Shown here: piece after piece, positions 1-8,416 of the stretch
Layout of the letters: each line of letters starts with the position of its first letter
Position numbering within the stretch: the first letter of the stretch is position 1
Origin: Planctomycetota bacterium
GTDB taxonomy: Bacteria; Planctomycetota; MHYJ01; WSZJ01
Assembly (NCBI GenBank): GCA_038060895.1
Contig: JBBTCT010000002.1
Coordinates: 32,001 to 96,000 of the forward strand
Length of the DNA: 64,000 bases
Direction of reading: 5' to 3'
The notes under the pieces: model-generated
What the model was told of the DNA's origin: nothing
Databases searched by the model: none
Seen by the model: the letters and a program-made list of their open reading frames with translations, nothing else
Made by a program: the position numbers and the translations under genes

Positions 1-1976
1 GAGATCTCGAGAATGTCGCCTGCGGATGCGGTCGCGCCGCAGCCCGAGGCCTTTCCGCCGGCGACCACGGTGACGGTCTGGCGGTCGGTGTTCATGAAGA
101 TCAGATTGACGCAGCGCGTCAAGAGCCCTTCCTTCGCTGAGCCGGAAGCGTCGATCCGGACGAGGAGGTGCTTGCGGTCGAATCCAAAGAACACGTCGCG
201 GATCCAGGCCGAGGAGCGGTCCATGACGTCGGTGTCCTTCGCGGCGTCGTAGTGGCCCGCGCTGATCCACTCGTAGTAGTCGGAGCGGCGGCCGTCGATC
301 TTCACGTCGAGAAGCGCCCACGGCTGGGTCCACGACGGCGCGGGGGCGACGGCGCCCTTGATCGGGCGCAGGAGCGCGGAAGGGACCGGGAGCCCCAGCG
401 CGGAGTACACGTTCTGGAGATGCGTTCGAAAGAGAGCGTCAAAGATCCCCGCGACGGGGCTGTAGTGCTCTTCCCCGAACCACCAGAACCAGTCGCTTCC
501 CTCGGCGGCGAACATCGATTCCCACGCGGCGTCGAGACCGTCCTTCGGGATGGAAGCGAGCGATGCAGGCGGCGGTGCTTCCCGCGGATCGCGGCCGGCG
601 GCCTTCGTCGCTGCCAGGAGCGAAGCGCGCGCCTGTCCGAGCAGTTCCCAACCCGCGTTGTCCTCGGGGTGGCCGACCCAGATCTGGAAGTTGCGGTGGA
701 TCCACGAACCCGACCAGAGGCGCTCGATGCGGCGCTTCGGCGGGTGCTTCTCAAGCTCCTCGCCGAGCAGCACGGTCCGGATGTCCTTTGCGTCTTCCAG
801 CCTCCGGTAGAACGCGCGCAGGAACGGGACGCCGAGCCCGGGAAAATGTTCCCACGCGTTTTCTCCGTCGAGTGCGAGGGTGATGAGGGTGTCGTGCCCG
901 CCCGCCCTGCCCGCGGCGCGGATCCGCGCGACGAGGTCGTCGGCGGCCTCCTCCGCGTTCGCGCGCTTGTACTCGAACCCCACGAGGTCGGAGACCGCGT
1001 GGTCGCGGAACACCATGGCGAGTTTTCCGCCGGTCTGCCACGGCGCGTAGAGGCCGCGCGCGTCGCGGTGGAAATCTGAACCGAGCGACGCCTCGAGCAC
1101 GCCTTCGTCCGACGCCATCCACCGGAACCCCGCTTCCTCTACCAGCGGCACGATGTCCGGCGAGACCGAGCCCTCGCTCGGCCAGAGCCCACGCGGGTCG
1201 CGGCCGAAGCGGTCGCGGTAGAGCGCCACGGCGCGCGCGAGGTGGGCGCGCGCGTCGTCTTCCATGTTGAGCGCGGGGGCTTTCGGGAGCACGACGTTGG
1301 CCATCGCGACGCGCGCGCTCTCCATCCGGCACAGGAGCGGCAGGATCGGATGCCAGTACGGCGTCGTCGTGACCTCGATCTGCCCGGCGTCCTGCATTGC
1401 GCGGTGCGCGGGGACCACCCCGGCGAGAACCTCGCGCTGCGCGGCCAGCACCTTCTCCTTGTCGGCTTCCGAGAAACCGCGCTGCTTCGCAAACAGTCCC
1501 TTCACCACCGTCATTTCCTCGCGCAGAAGCGGATGAAACCACGCGAGGTTGTGCCACACCTGCAGATCGCGCCAGTCCTCCGCAGAGAGCGCTTCCGGCC
1601 GCCATCGCGCCGCGCCGCGCGCCTTCGCGAGAAGCTCCCCGTAGCGCTCGTTGGCCCGCACGAGGTTGTCTTCGTGAGCCATGAAAAAGGTCTCGAGGAT
1701 CGACTTCTGGTCTTCCGGCCGCAGGTCCTCCGCGGGAATCCGCGCGAGCCGGAGCCAGGGGTCCGGCATCCCCGAAGCGGCCGCTTCGATCTGGAGGATC
1801 AGCCCGGGAACCAGGTTGACGTGGGCCTTCACGCCGGGGAATTCGCGCAACAGCGCCGGCATCCCCCAGTAGTCCTTGATTCCGTGCAGCCGCACCCACG
1901 GCATCGCCGCCTCGCCGCGCCTCAGGTCCGCGTAGCAGGGCTGGTGCTGGTGCCAGAGGAGCGCGAGCCGCGTCAC
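1..1976 (-). CDS. Glycoside hydrolase family 57 protein (3' end runs off the window)
   Basis: Not in the ORF track. GTG at 1976 overlaps the upstream stop. Translates LALLWHQHQP..MPWVRLHGIKDYWGM, GLWPSEGSVS and AEGSDWFWW, all GH57 motifs. The frame appears open to the edge. Confidence 0.9.
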   Translation of the reverse strand, partial: MTRLALLWHQHQPCYADLRRGEAAMPWVRLHGIKDYWGMPALLREFPGVKAHVNLVPGLILQIEAAASGMPDPWLRLARIPAEDLRPEDQKSILETFFMAHEDNLVRANERYGELLAKARGAARWRPEALSAEDWRDLQVWHNLAWFHPLLREEMTVVKGLFAKQRGFSEADKEKVLAAQREVLAGVVPAHRAMQDAGQIEVTTTPYWHPILPLLCRMESARVAMANVVLPKAPALNMEDDARAHLARAVALYRDRFGRDPRGLWPSEGSVSPDIVPLVEEAGFRWMASDEGVLEASLGSDFHRDARGLYAPWQTGGKLAMVFRDHAVSDLVGFEYKRANAEEAADDLVARIRAAGRAGGHDTLITLALDGENAWEHFPGLGVPFLRAFYRRLEDAKDIRTVLLGEELEKHPPKRRIERLWSGSWIHRNFQIWVGHPEDNAGWELLGQARASLLAATKAAGRDPREAPPPASLASIPKDGLDAAWESMFAAEGSDWFWWFGEEHYSPVAGIFDALFRTHLQNVYSALGLPVPSALLRPIKGAVAPAPSWTQPWALLDVKIDGRRSDYYEWISAGHYDAAKDTDVMDRSSAWIRDVFFGFDRKHLLVRIDASGSAKEGLLTRCVNLIFMNTDRQTVTVVAGGKASGCGATASAGDILEI

Positions 1977-4084
1977 CTCTGGCGTCGCTCCACCATTTCC
2001 TCCCACTTGCGCAGGTCTGACTCCGACGGGTCCAGCACCGACGGCACAATCCCGACGAGGCTCTGGAACGAATGAAGCGCGGACTGTTGCGCGATCTGGC
2101 TCTGGTCGTGGAAGAAGCTTGCGAGCGGACGCACGGCGGCTTTCGTTCCGCAGCGGCCCAGCAGCTGGACGCACGATACCCGGTAGTCGGCGTCCGCCGA
2201 CTTCAGCCCTTCGAGCAGGTCCGGCTCAACCGAACGGTTCTTCAGGTCCGCGAGCGAGTCCCGGGCCGCGTCGCGCACGTCGCCGGTGCGGTCCCTGAGA
2301 AGCGGCAGCAGCGGCTTGGCGGCCCGTTGCTCGGAGAGCCTGCCGAGGGACCGTGCGGCCTCGCGCCGGACCGCCGCTTCCTGTGACGAGAGGCTTTCGA
2401 GAAGCGCGTCGGCCGAAGCGACGTCGCCGCGAATCCCGAGCAGGCGGGCGGCGCGCCATTGTTCGCGAGGCGTTCCGCTCAGGAGCCGGCCGCGGATCAT
2501 CTCGTTCCCGGAAGGCGACAGCTTCGAGGACAGGGCTTCCTGCAGCCGGCCCCAGACCTGTTCTTCGGGGTCGTCCAGAAGCGGCACGAGCCGGGCCTCG
2601 AGATCCGCCGGTGCGAGCCTGGCGATTCTTGCGACGGCCATGGCGCGATCCGAGGCGCGCGGCGAACGCAGTCCCTCTTCGGCCTCCTGCTGGGCCGAGG
2701 CGCGCCATTCATCGGGCTCTTTCGTCTTGTTCAGGCCCCACCAGAACGCCCAGTCCTTGTGGAGTGCCGCCCTTTCTCTCTCGATGTCCTCCCTCGTCCG
2801 GAACGCGCCGACCCTTCGCGACAGGTGGCCCGTCAGGAGGCGCAGCTCCGCGTCGATCCAGGGAAGTTCGTTCGGCGGCGTGGTCAGGAGATCGTCGATG
2901 AGCGCGGGTATGCCGGCCTTCGGGTCCCGGGCGACGACGCTGTGAAGCGTTTCGTGAAGCGTCGGGGAGTCGATCTTGTGGATCAGCGCGATCAGCCGGG
3001 TCGCAAGCGCTCCGTCGCCGGAGGCCGCGATGGCGCGCAGCAGGGCTTCCCGGCCCTCGAGGTCCACTTCGCCGCGCTCGATCTGTGACAGCCAGCGAGA
3101 CGCATCTTTTCCTGACGCCGTCTTCCCGAGCGCGTCTGCCGCTGCAGTGCGGATTTCCCGGCGCTCCTTCCGGACGAGGGCTTCCAGCGCCGCAATCGCG
3201 CGAGGATCCTGGCGCCCACCCAGACTCTCGATCGCCAGAAGCCGGATGGCGCTCGACCGGTTGGTGGCGGCCGCCACTTCGCACAGCGCCTTCAACGCCT
3301 CCGGTCCCGACAGCGCGGCCAGCACTTCGATGGCCAGCAACTGGGCGCCGGGTTCGAAGCGCGGGAGGGCCGTGACGATGCTCTGGGCGAGGGAGGCTTC
3401 CCGGCCGGCGCCCGGGGGAAACTGCGGAAAGGTGGCGCGGGCGAGGTAGAGCGCGTTGTAGATGCGAATCGGTTCTCCGCTGCGGAGCCCCGCCGAGACG
3501 GGCGCGACTGCGGCGGCCACGAGGCCTTCATCGACGAGCACCGCTGCGATAAAGTCCGGCGCGAAGGACGCCGCCCCCATCGCATCGGTGACGGCGGCGC
3601 TGAAGATGCTCTCAGGGTGGCCTCGAAGCGCTTCACGCGCGGCGTTACGGACTTCGGGCGACGGATCCGCGAGGGCGGGCCCCGCCGCGCGCGCCGCCGC
3701 CTCGGTGTGAATCCGGGCGAGAGCGCCGAGCGCATCCTTTCGGCGCCCTTCCGTGGTTCCCACGACGCTGGCCGACAGGAGATCGATCTCCTCTTCACCC
3801 GCCGAGGCCGCGAGGATGGAAAAGAGTTCGTCGGGGATGGGTGCTTCCCTGGCGCGGGACGCGATGGCGGGCGCGGCGCGGCGTCCGAATTTCTTCAGGA
3901 ACGCGAGCGCGTCTTCGGGCAGCTTGTCGGGCGGCGAGAGCACGATCTCGAAAACCGCGGCCCGCGCGTACAGGTCCGGTCCGCGCTTCGCCACATGCGC
4001 CGCCGCCGCGACCCCGAACGAGGCGAACGTGATGGCGGCGACCGCGACGAGCGGGCGCATGCGCCGGGGAAAGCGCTGCCTCAT
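1973..4084 (-). CDS. HEAT-repeat protein with N-terminal signal/TM segment
   Basis: C-terminal part of ORF 1973..4993. ATG at 4084 overlaps the upstream stop (alternative start 4060). Many VRxxAAxALG HEAT-like units. Confidence 0.8.
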   Translation of the reverse strand: MRQRFPRRMRPLVAVAAITFASFGVAAAAHVAKRGPDLYARAAVFEIVLSPPDKLPEDALAFLKKFGRRAAPAIASRAREAPIPDELFSILAASAGEEEIDLLSASVVGTTEGRRKDALGALARIHTEAAARAAGPALADPSPEVRNAAREALRGHPESIFSAAVTDAMGAASFAPDFIAAVLVDEGLVAAAVAPVSAGLRSGEPIRIYNALYLARATFPQFPPGAGREASLAQSIVTALPRFEPGAQLLAIEVLAALSGPEALKALCEVAAATNRSSAIRLLAIESLGGRQDPRAIAALEALVRKERREIRTAAADALGKTASGKDASRWLSQIERGEVDLEGREALLRAIAASGDGALATRLIALIHKIDSPTLHETLHSVVARDPKAGIPALIDDLLTTPPNELPWIDAELRLLTGHLSRRVGAFRTREDIERERAALHKDWAFWWGLNKTKEPDEWRASAQQEAEEGLRSPRASDRAMAVARIARLAPADLEARLVPLLDDPEEQVWGRLQEALSSKLSPSGNEMIRGRLLSGTPREQWRAARLLGIRGDVASADALLESLSSQEAAVRREAARSLGRLSEQRAAKPLLPLLRDRTGDVRDAARDSLADLKNRSVEPDLLEGLKSADADYRVSCVQLLGRCGTKAAVRPLASFFHDQSQIAQQSALHSFQSLVGIVPSVLDPSESDLRKWEEMVERRQR

Positions 4085-4257
4085 CGCGCCGGGGCGTCCT
4101 GACGCGCCTGCCTGATCTTCGCGTTCAGGCGCTCGATTTCGATGGTGAGCTTGTAGATCTGGTCGTTGGTCTTCTCGACCAGGTCCTGAAGCTCCAGGAA
4201 GCGCGCGATCAGGGCGGCTTTTTCTTTCTCGAGGCGTTCCGGGGAGGGGTCGCTCAT
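4081..4257 (-). CDS. Small coiled-coil protein (58 aa, loosely SlyX-like)
   Basis: MSDPSPERLEKEKAALIARFLELQDLVEKTNDQIYKLTIEIERLNAKIRQARQDAPAR. GGAG upstream, ATGA overlap with the next gene, and below the ORF-track length cutoff. Confidence 0.65.
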   Translation of the reverse strand: MSDPSPERLEKEKAALIARFLELQDLVEKTNDQIYKLTIEIERLNAKIRQARQDAPAR

Positions 4258-4344
4258 GGGGTTCTCCGGAAGGCCATTGTACGACCGCGCAGGGGGGAGG
4301 GGTGAGTATTGAGAATACAGATCTCGAGGGGGGCGCGCGTGCCG

Positions 4345-5073
4345 CTACTGAGGCACCATAAAGACGCTGATATTCCAAAGGGTGTGCGCAACGACGCAAG
4401 TCCAAAGGCTCTTCGAAAAACGGAAGAGCAGCGCCAAGATCAGGCCGAAGGCCGCCGCGTGCGCCACGCCCCCTGCGCCCTGGTAAAGGTGGAAGGACGT
4501 GAAGAGGGCAATGGACGCCGGGATGCCGATCCAGGGCCCGAGCAGGTCCCCGAGCCGGGTCTGAAGGTGTGCCCGGCAGGTCAGTTCCTGCCCAAAGCAA
4601 CTGATGAAGGTGCAAATGACGCAGAAAAACGCCTCGGAGGCATCCTGGACGGGAAGAATGAAGCCCCCGCGTTCCTGCCATCCGACTTTCACCAGGAGCG
4701 GATTGAGCCCATGATAGGCGGCGAGGCACAAGAGCATCCCGATGACCCCGAGCCCCAGGTCGGATTTCCAGCGCGGCTTCCGGACTCCGAAGTGCGGGGG
4801 CCCCTCCGGGGCCACGAGGATCAGCACTCCCGCAGGGAGGATCCAAAGCAAGCTGAGGACAAGTTCCAGGCACAGGAACGCATAGTCGAATCGCCAGTAG
4901 TCCGCCTCCGTCATCTCTTCTGGCGCGGGCAGGAAGCAAAGTCGAACCGCAGGGAAGATCGCAAGGAGGACAACGATCGCGATTTCGATCCATTTGCGGC
5001 GGCGCGACGAGACGGCCGGCGCCTCAGTCGGAGCACTTTCCCCTGGATCATCTGGCACCGCTCGCTCCGGCAT
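4345..5073 (-). CDS. CPBP/CAAX (Abi) family intramembrane protease
   Basis: Multi-TM protein with QELTCR (variant of EExxxR), FTSFH and HTLWN motifs. Confidence 0.75.
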   Translation of the reverse strand: MPERAVPDDPGESAPTEAPAVSSRRRKWIEIAIVVLLAIFPAVRLCFLPAPEEMTEADYWRFDYAFLCLELVLSLLWILPAGVLILVAPEGPPHFGVRKPRWKSDLGLGVIGMLLCLAAYHGLNPLLVKVGWQERGGFILPVQDASEAFFCVICTFISCFGQELTCRAHLQTRLGDLLGPWIGIPASIALFTSFHLYQGAGGVAHAAAFGLILALLFRFSKSLWTCVVAHTLWNISVFMVPQ

Positions 5074-5119
5074 CGGCGACTCTCCCGGGGGGTGGTCGCC
5101 TCAGTCTAACCGCGCCTGC

Positions 5120-5815
5120 TCAGGCAGGACCTGCAACCGGGACGGCCGCCTCCGGCGTCGCAACCACCAGCCTGTCGAACCACTCATGGTCCGAGTCAAA
5201 GATCAGGCCGACGTGGCGCAGCTTGAGGTCGGGGGTCTGTTCGCTGTACACGGCGCGCGCGTGGAATTTTTCCTCTCCGGTCGGGAAGTTGATGCGGCCA
5301 TCGAATTCGCGGTCGAGTTTGGAGTGGAAGAACTCGTGGAAGCGGCGCATCGCCTCGAAGTCGTGTTTCGGGGCCGCGAGGACGCCGTGGCGGGAGAGGG
5401 CGGAAACGCGGATCTCGGTGAACTCGGCGCCGATCTGGACCAGCGCCGGGACGTCGATGTTGTGGCGGTTCCAGGCGGCGGGCGAGCGGCCGAGGGCCTG
5501 GCGCAGGGCGTCGGACATGGATCCGACGCGAATCGGTTTCCGAAGCGCGATGAAGGGGCCGGAGGCGGGCTCTTCGCGGAACAGGGCGACCATCGGGAAT
5601 CCAGGGAGGAGATGCTGGACCTCGTCGATGAGCGGCATTTCCTGCTCCGGCTCGCCGACGTCGAGGACGAGCGCGTCGAAAAGGCCCGTGTGCAGCTTCG
5701 CACGGGCATCTTTCAGTGTCGGGCTGATCGAGACGTTGCAGCCTCTCCCCAGGAGGATGGACTTGATCAGGAAGCCGGAAGTGCGCTCGCGGTCGAGGAT
5801 GAGGATGTTGTCCAT
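5120..5815 (-). CDS. Response regulator receiver domain plus degenerate PilZ-like C-terminus
   Basis: ILILD, VLD and RKP receiver motifs; beta-rich C-terminal domain; GGAG RBS. Confidence 0.65.
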   Translation of the reverse strand: MDNILILDRERTSGFLIKSILLGRGCNVSISPTLKDARAKLHTGLFDALVLDVGEPEQEMPLIDEVQHLLPGFPMVALFREEPASGPFIALRKPIRVGSMSDALRQALGRSPAAWNRHNIDVPALVQIGAEFTEIRVSALSRHGVLAAPKHDFEAMRRFHEFFHSKLDREFDGRINFPTGEEKFHARAVYSEQTPDLKLRHVGLIFDSDHEWFDRLVVATPEAAVPVAGPA

Positions 5816-5949
5816 GGAAACGCTCCTTGGAGGGTGAAAGCGACGAAAGTCCGCTTCTATCCTCGGCTTCTGGCGGTCACCACCTTGACTTAACTTTTGT
5901 ATGTGCTAAAATTAGGCGAAGATTCTCGCGGCCCGGGGGCGACCAACAG

Positions 5950-6027
5950 CAAATCCCAACTCGAACTCCAACCCCAAACGAGAAGGCATGATTTGGGATT
6001 TGGAGTTGGGGTTGGAGTTGGGATTTG
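5950..6027. repeat. Inverted arrays of hexamer units (CCAACT-like / AGTTGG-like)
   Basis: caaatc-ccaact-cgaact-ccaacc-ccaaac, a short spacer, then tttggg-atttgg-agttgg-ggttgg-agttgg-gatttg. Confidence 0.85.
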
Positions 6028-6072
6028 TCGTTCGTCGTATTTCACCCGGCCTCCCTTGAGAGGGGAATCCTC

Positions 6073-6873
6073 GTGCGCACGATCGCGATCACGAACCAGA
6101 AGGGCGGCGTCGGCAAAACCACCACCGCCGTCAACCTCGCTGCCTCCCTCGCTCATTTCGGCCGCCGAGTGCTCGTCGTCGACTGCGACGCGCAGACCAA
6201 CGCGACGCTGTCATTCGGGATCAACCACGCGAAACTCGACGCGACCGTTTATGACATCTTCACGGGCGAAGCGAGCGCCCAGGAAGTGATCGTGCGCTAC
6301 TCCGACCGGCTCCACGTCATCCCGGCGACGCCGGACCTGGCGGGGGGCGAAGCGGAAAAGTCGCCGGCCGCATCGCGGGGCCAGGCGCTCAAGCAGGCGT
6401 TGTCGGGGCTGACAGGCTACGACTTCGTCATCGTGGACTGCCCGCCGACGCTCGGCCTGATCAACGTAAACGTCCTCGTCTTCGTGGAAGAAATCATCAT
6501 CCCGATGCAGTGCCAGTTCTTCGCCCTGCAGGGGATTTCGCTGCTGCTCAAGACGATCGACCTCGTCCAGAAGCGCGTCAACCCGCGGCTGAAAATCACC
6601 GGCGTCCTGCCCTGCATGTTCGACGGGCGCACAACGCTCTCGAAGGAAGTCCTCGAGGAGATCAAGGGGCACTTCGGCGACAAGGTCTACAAGACCCGCA
6701 TCCGCTCCAACGTGCGCCTCGCCGAGGCGCCGTCCTTCGGTAAGCCCGTGATCGAGTACGACCCCGGTTGCAACGGCGCGCACGACTACCTCGCGCTGGC
6801 CCGCGAGGTCCTCGGTCTGGCGGAAGACGCCAAGCCGCCCGTCGCGGAAATGCCGAAGCAAGAAACGGCGTAG
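6073..6873 (+). CDS. parA: ParA/Soj family ATPase
   Basis: NQKGGVGKTT deviant Walker A, DCPP and LAEAPSFG motifs. GTG start with AGGGGA upstream. Confidence 0.93.
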   Translation: MRTIAITNQKGGVGKTTTAVNLAASLAHFGRRVLVVDCDAQTNATLSFGINHAKLDATVYDIFTGEASAQEVIVRYSDRLHVIPATPDLAGGEAEKSPAASRGQALKQALSGLTGYDFVIVDCPPTLGLINVNVLVFVEEIIIPMQCQFFALQGISLLLKTIDLVQKRVNPRLKITGVLPCMFDGRTTLSKEVLEEIKGHFGDKVYKTRIRSNVRLAEAPSFGKPVIEYDPGCNGAHDYLALAREVLGLAEDAKPPVAEMPKQETA

Positions 6874-6874
6874 A

Positions 6875-6982
6875 GCGCGGGAAGAGGGTGTCGGTTCAGG
6901 CTGCGTCGGCCTGGCCTCTCCTGAAGCGCGGCCATTTGTTACACGGGCCGACTCCGCCCGACCCGCCTCCCTTTTCCCGCGC
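6875..6982. repeat. Imperfect inverted repeat, 39-nt arms
   Basis: 6875-6913 pairs with 6944-6982 with about 8 mismatches, immediately after the parA stop. Confidence 0.7.
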
Positions 6983-7100
6983 CCTAAGCATGTTCAGACC
7001 AGGACGAGCGAATTGACAGCCCCCCCGCCTCCCGACTACGATTCCCCGTTCGCGATCCCGGGTCGAGCGTCCTTTCCCGCTTCCCATTCGGAGATCCTGC

Positions 7101-7352
7101 ATGAATCAACCCCAAAGTGCCGTCAGAAGGTCGGGCAAGGCGAAGGCGAAGAGTCATGCGGTGCATGCGGGTTCGGCGCACACGCATCCGGAGGTGGTGG
7201 ACGCGCTGATTGACCGCGCGAAGAGCCATCCGCTCGGGACGGAGTTCCTGTCGCAGGGGGCGCTCGACAGCGTTTCCGCCGCGTTCCAGGCGCACGCGTT
7301 CACGGTTGAGGCTGCGCGGGAGAGGCTGCAGGGCGAAGGAATCGCCGAGTGA
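7101..7352 (+). CDS. Hypothetical protein (83 aa)
   Basis: GGAG RBS; GTGA overlap with the next gene. Confidence 0.6.
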   Translation: MNQPQSAVRRSGKAKAKSHAVHAGSAHTHPEVVDALIDRAKSHPLGTEFLSQGALDSVSAAFQAHAFTVEAARERLQGEGIAE

Positions 7353-8365
7353 GCTGGAAAAAGGTCCCGAAGAAAGTCGAACTCGCCGACATCACGGTGA
7401 GGGACGGGTTTCAGCATGAAGAGAAGCGGATCCCCACGAACGCGAAGCTGTGGATCTGCGAGGAGCTGCTGAAGGCGGGGTACAAGCGCCTCGAGGTCAC
7501 GAACCTCGGCAGCAAGCGCGCGATGCCGCAGTTCGACGACGCGGAGGAGGTGCTCAAGGACCTGCGCACCGCGAAGCGCTTCCAGGACAAGATGAAAGGC
7601 GTCGAGCTGACCGCGGTGACGATCCGCGAAAAGGCGGTGGACCAGGCGATTGAGCTGAGCCAGAAGGGCCACGGGCCGGACCGCATTCTCATGATGGTGT
7701 CGACGTCTCCGTCGCACATGAGGAAGAACTCGGGGCTCGAGCACGACGGTTACTGGGATGAAGCGGCGCGCTGCATCAAGAAGGCGCACGCGGCGGGTCT
7801 GAAATTCAACGGGACGGTGAGCACGATCTGGGGCTGCCCGATCGAGGGACCGACGAAGCTCGAGGACGCAGTGACGTTTACGAAGCGGTGGTTCGAGCTG
7901 GGCGCCGACGACGTCGAGCACGCGGACCACGACGGCTCGGCCCCCCCGAACAAGGTGTTCGACTACTTCTCCATGGTGCTCGAGGCCGTGCCGGGCCCGC
8001 AGAAGCACGTCGCCCATTTCCACGTCACCCGCGGCTGGGGCCTCGCGAACGTCGTCGCCGCTCTTCAGGCCGGAATCGTCCGCTACGAGAGCACGCTGGG
8101 CGGCATCGGCGGCCAGCCCGCCAATTTTTTCGAGGGCTCGCCCATCAGCGGGACGGGGAGCTACTACTACCAGGACCCCAACCACGTCGGCCTCATCTCC
8201 ACCGAGGACCTCGTCGTCATGCTCGACGAGATGGGCATCGAGCACGGCCTCGACGTCGACCGCGTCCTCGCCACCGGCAGGATGGTCGAGCGAATTGTTG
8301 GCCGCAAGCTGCGCAGCGAGTCGATCAAGGCCGGCCGGGTGCCGAAGAAGCCGACGAGTTTCTGA
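7349..8365 (+). CDS. Hydroxymethylglutaryl-CoA lyase-like (DRE-TIM, HMGL-like) enzyme
   Basis: VRDGFQHE, HFHVTRGWGLAN, STLGGIGG and ISTEDLV motifs. Confidence 0.88.
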   Translation: MSWKKVPKKVELADITVRDGFQHEEKRIPTNAKLWICEELLKAGYKRLEVTNLGSKRAMPQFDDAEEVLKDLRTAKRFQDKMKGVELTAVTIREKAVDQAIELSQKGHGPDRILMMVSTSPSHMRKNSGLEHDGYWDEAARCIKKAHAAGLKFNGTVSTIWGCPIEGPTKLEDAVTFTKRWFELGADDVEHADHDGSAPPNKVFDYFSMVLEAVPGPQKHVAHFHVTRGWGLANVVAALQAGIVRYESTLGGIGGQPANFFEGSPISGTGSYYYQDPNHVGLISTEDLVVMLDEMGIEHGLDVDRVLATGRMVERIVGRKLRSESIKAGRVPKKPTSF

Positions 8366-8416
8366 GCCGGGCCTGAACGCGCCGGAATCCCGGTCCCCGG
8401 CATAGAATCACCCGCG

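Noticed and set aside
4085-4993. N-terminal 300 aa of the 1006-aa ORF 1973..4993
   Set aside because: It overlaps the CPBP gene and the small coiled-coil gene in other frames; it is a GC-rich open-frame artefact.
6073-6873. parA as evidence of a plasmid or partition locus
   Set aside because: There is no parB, rep gene or parS palindrome nearby, and the context is chromosomal.
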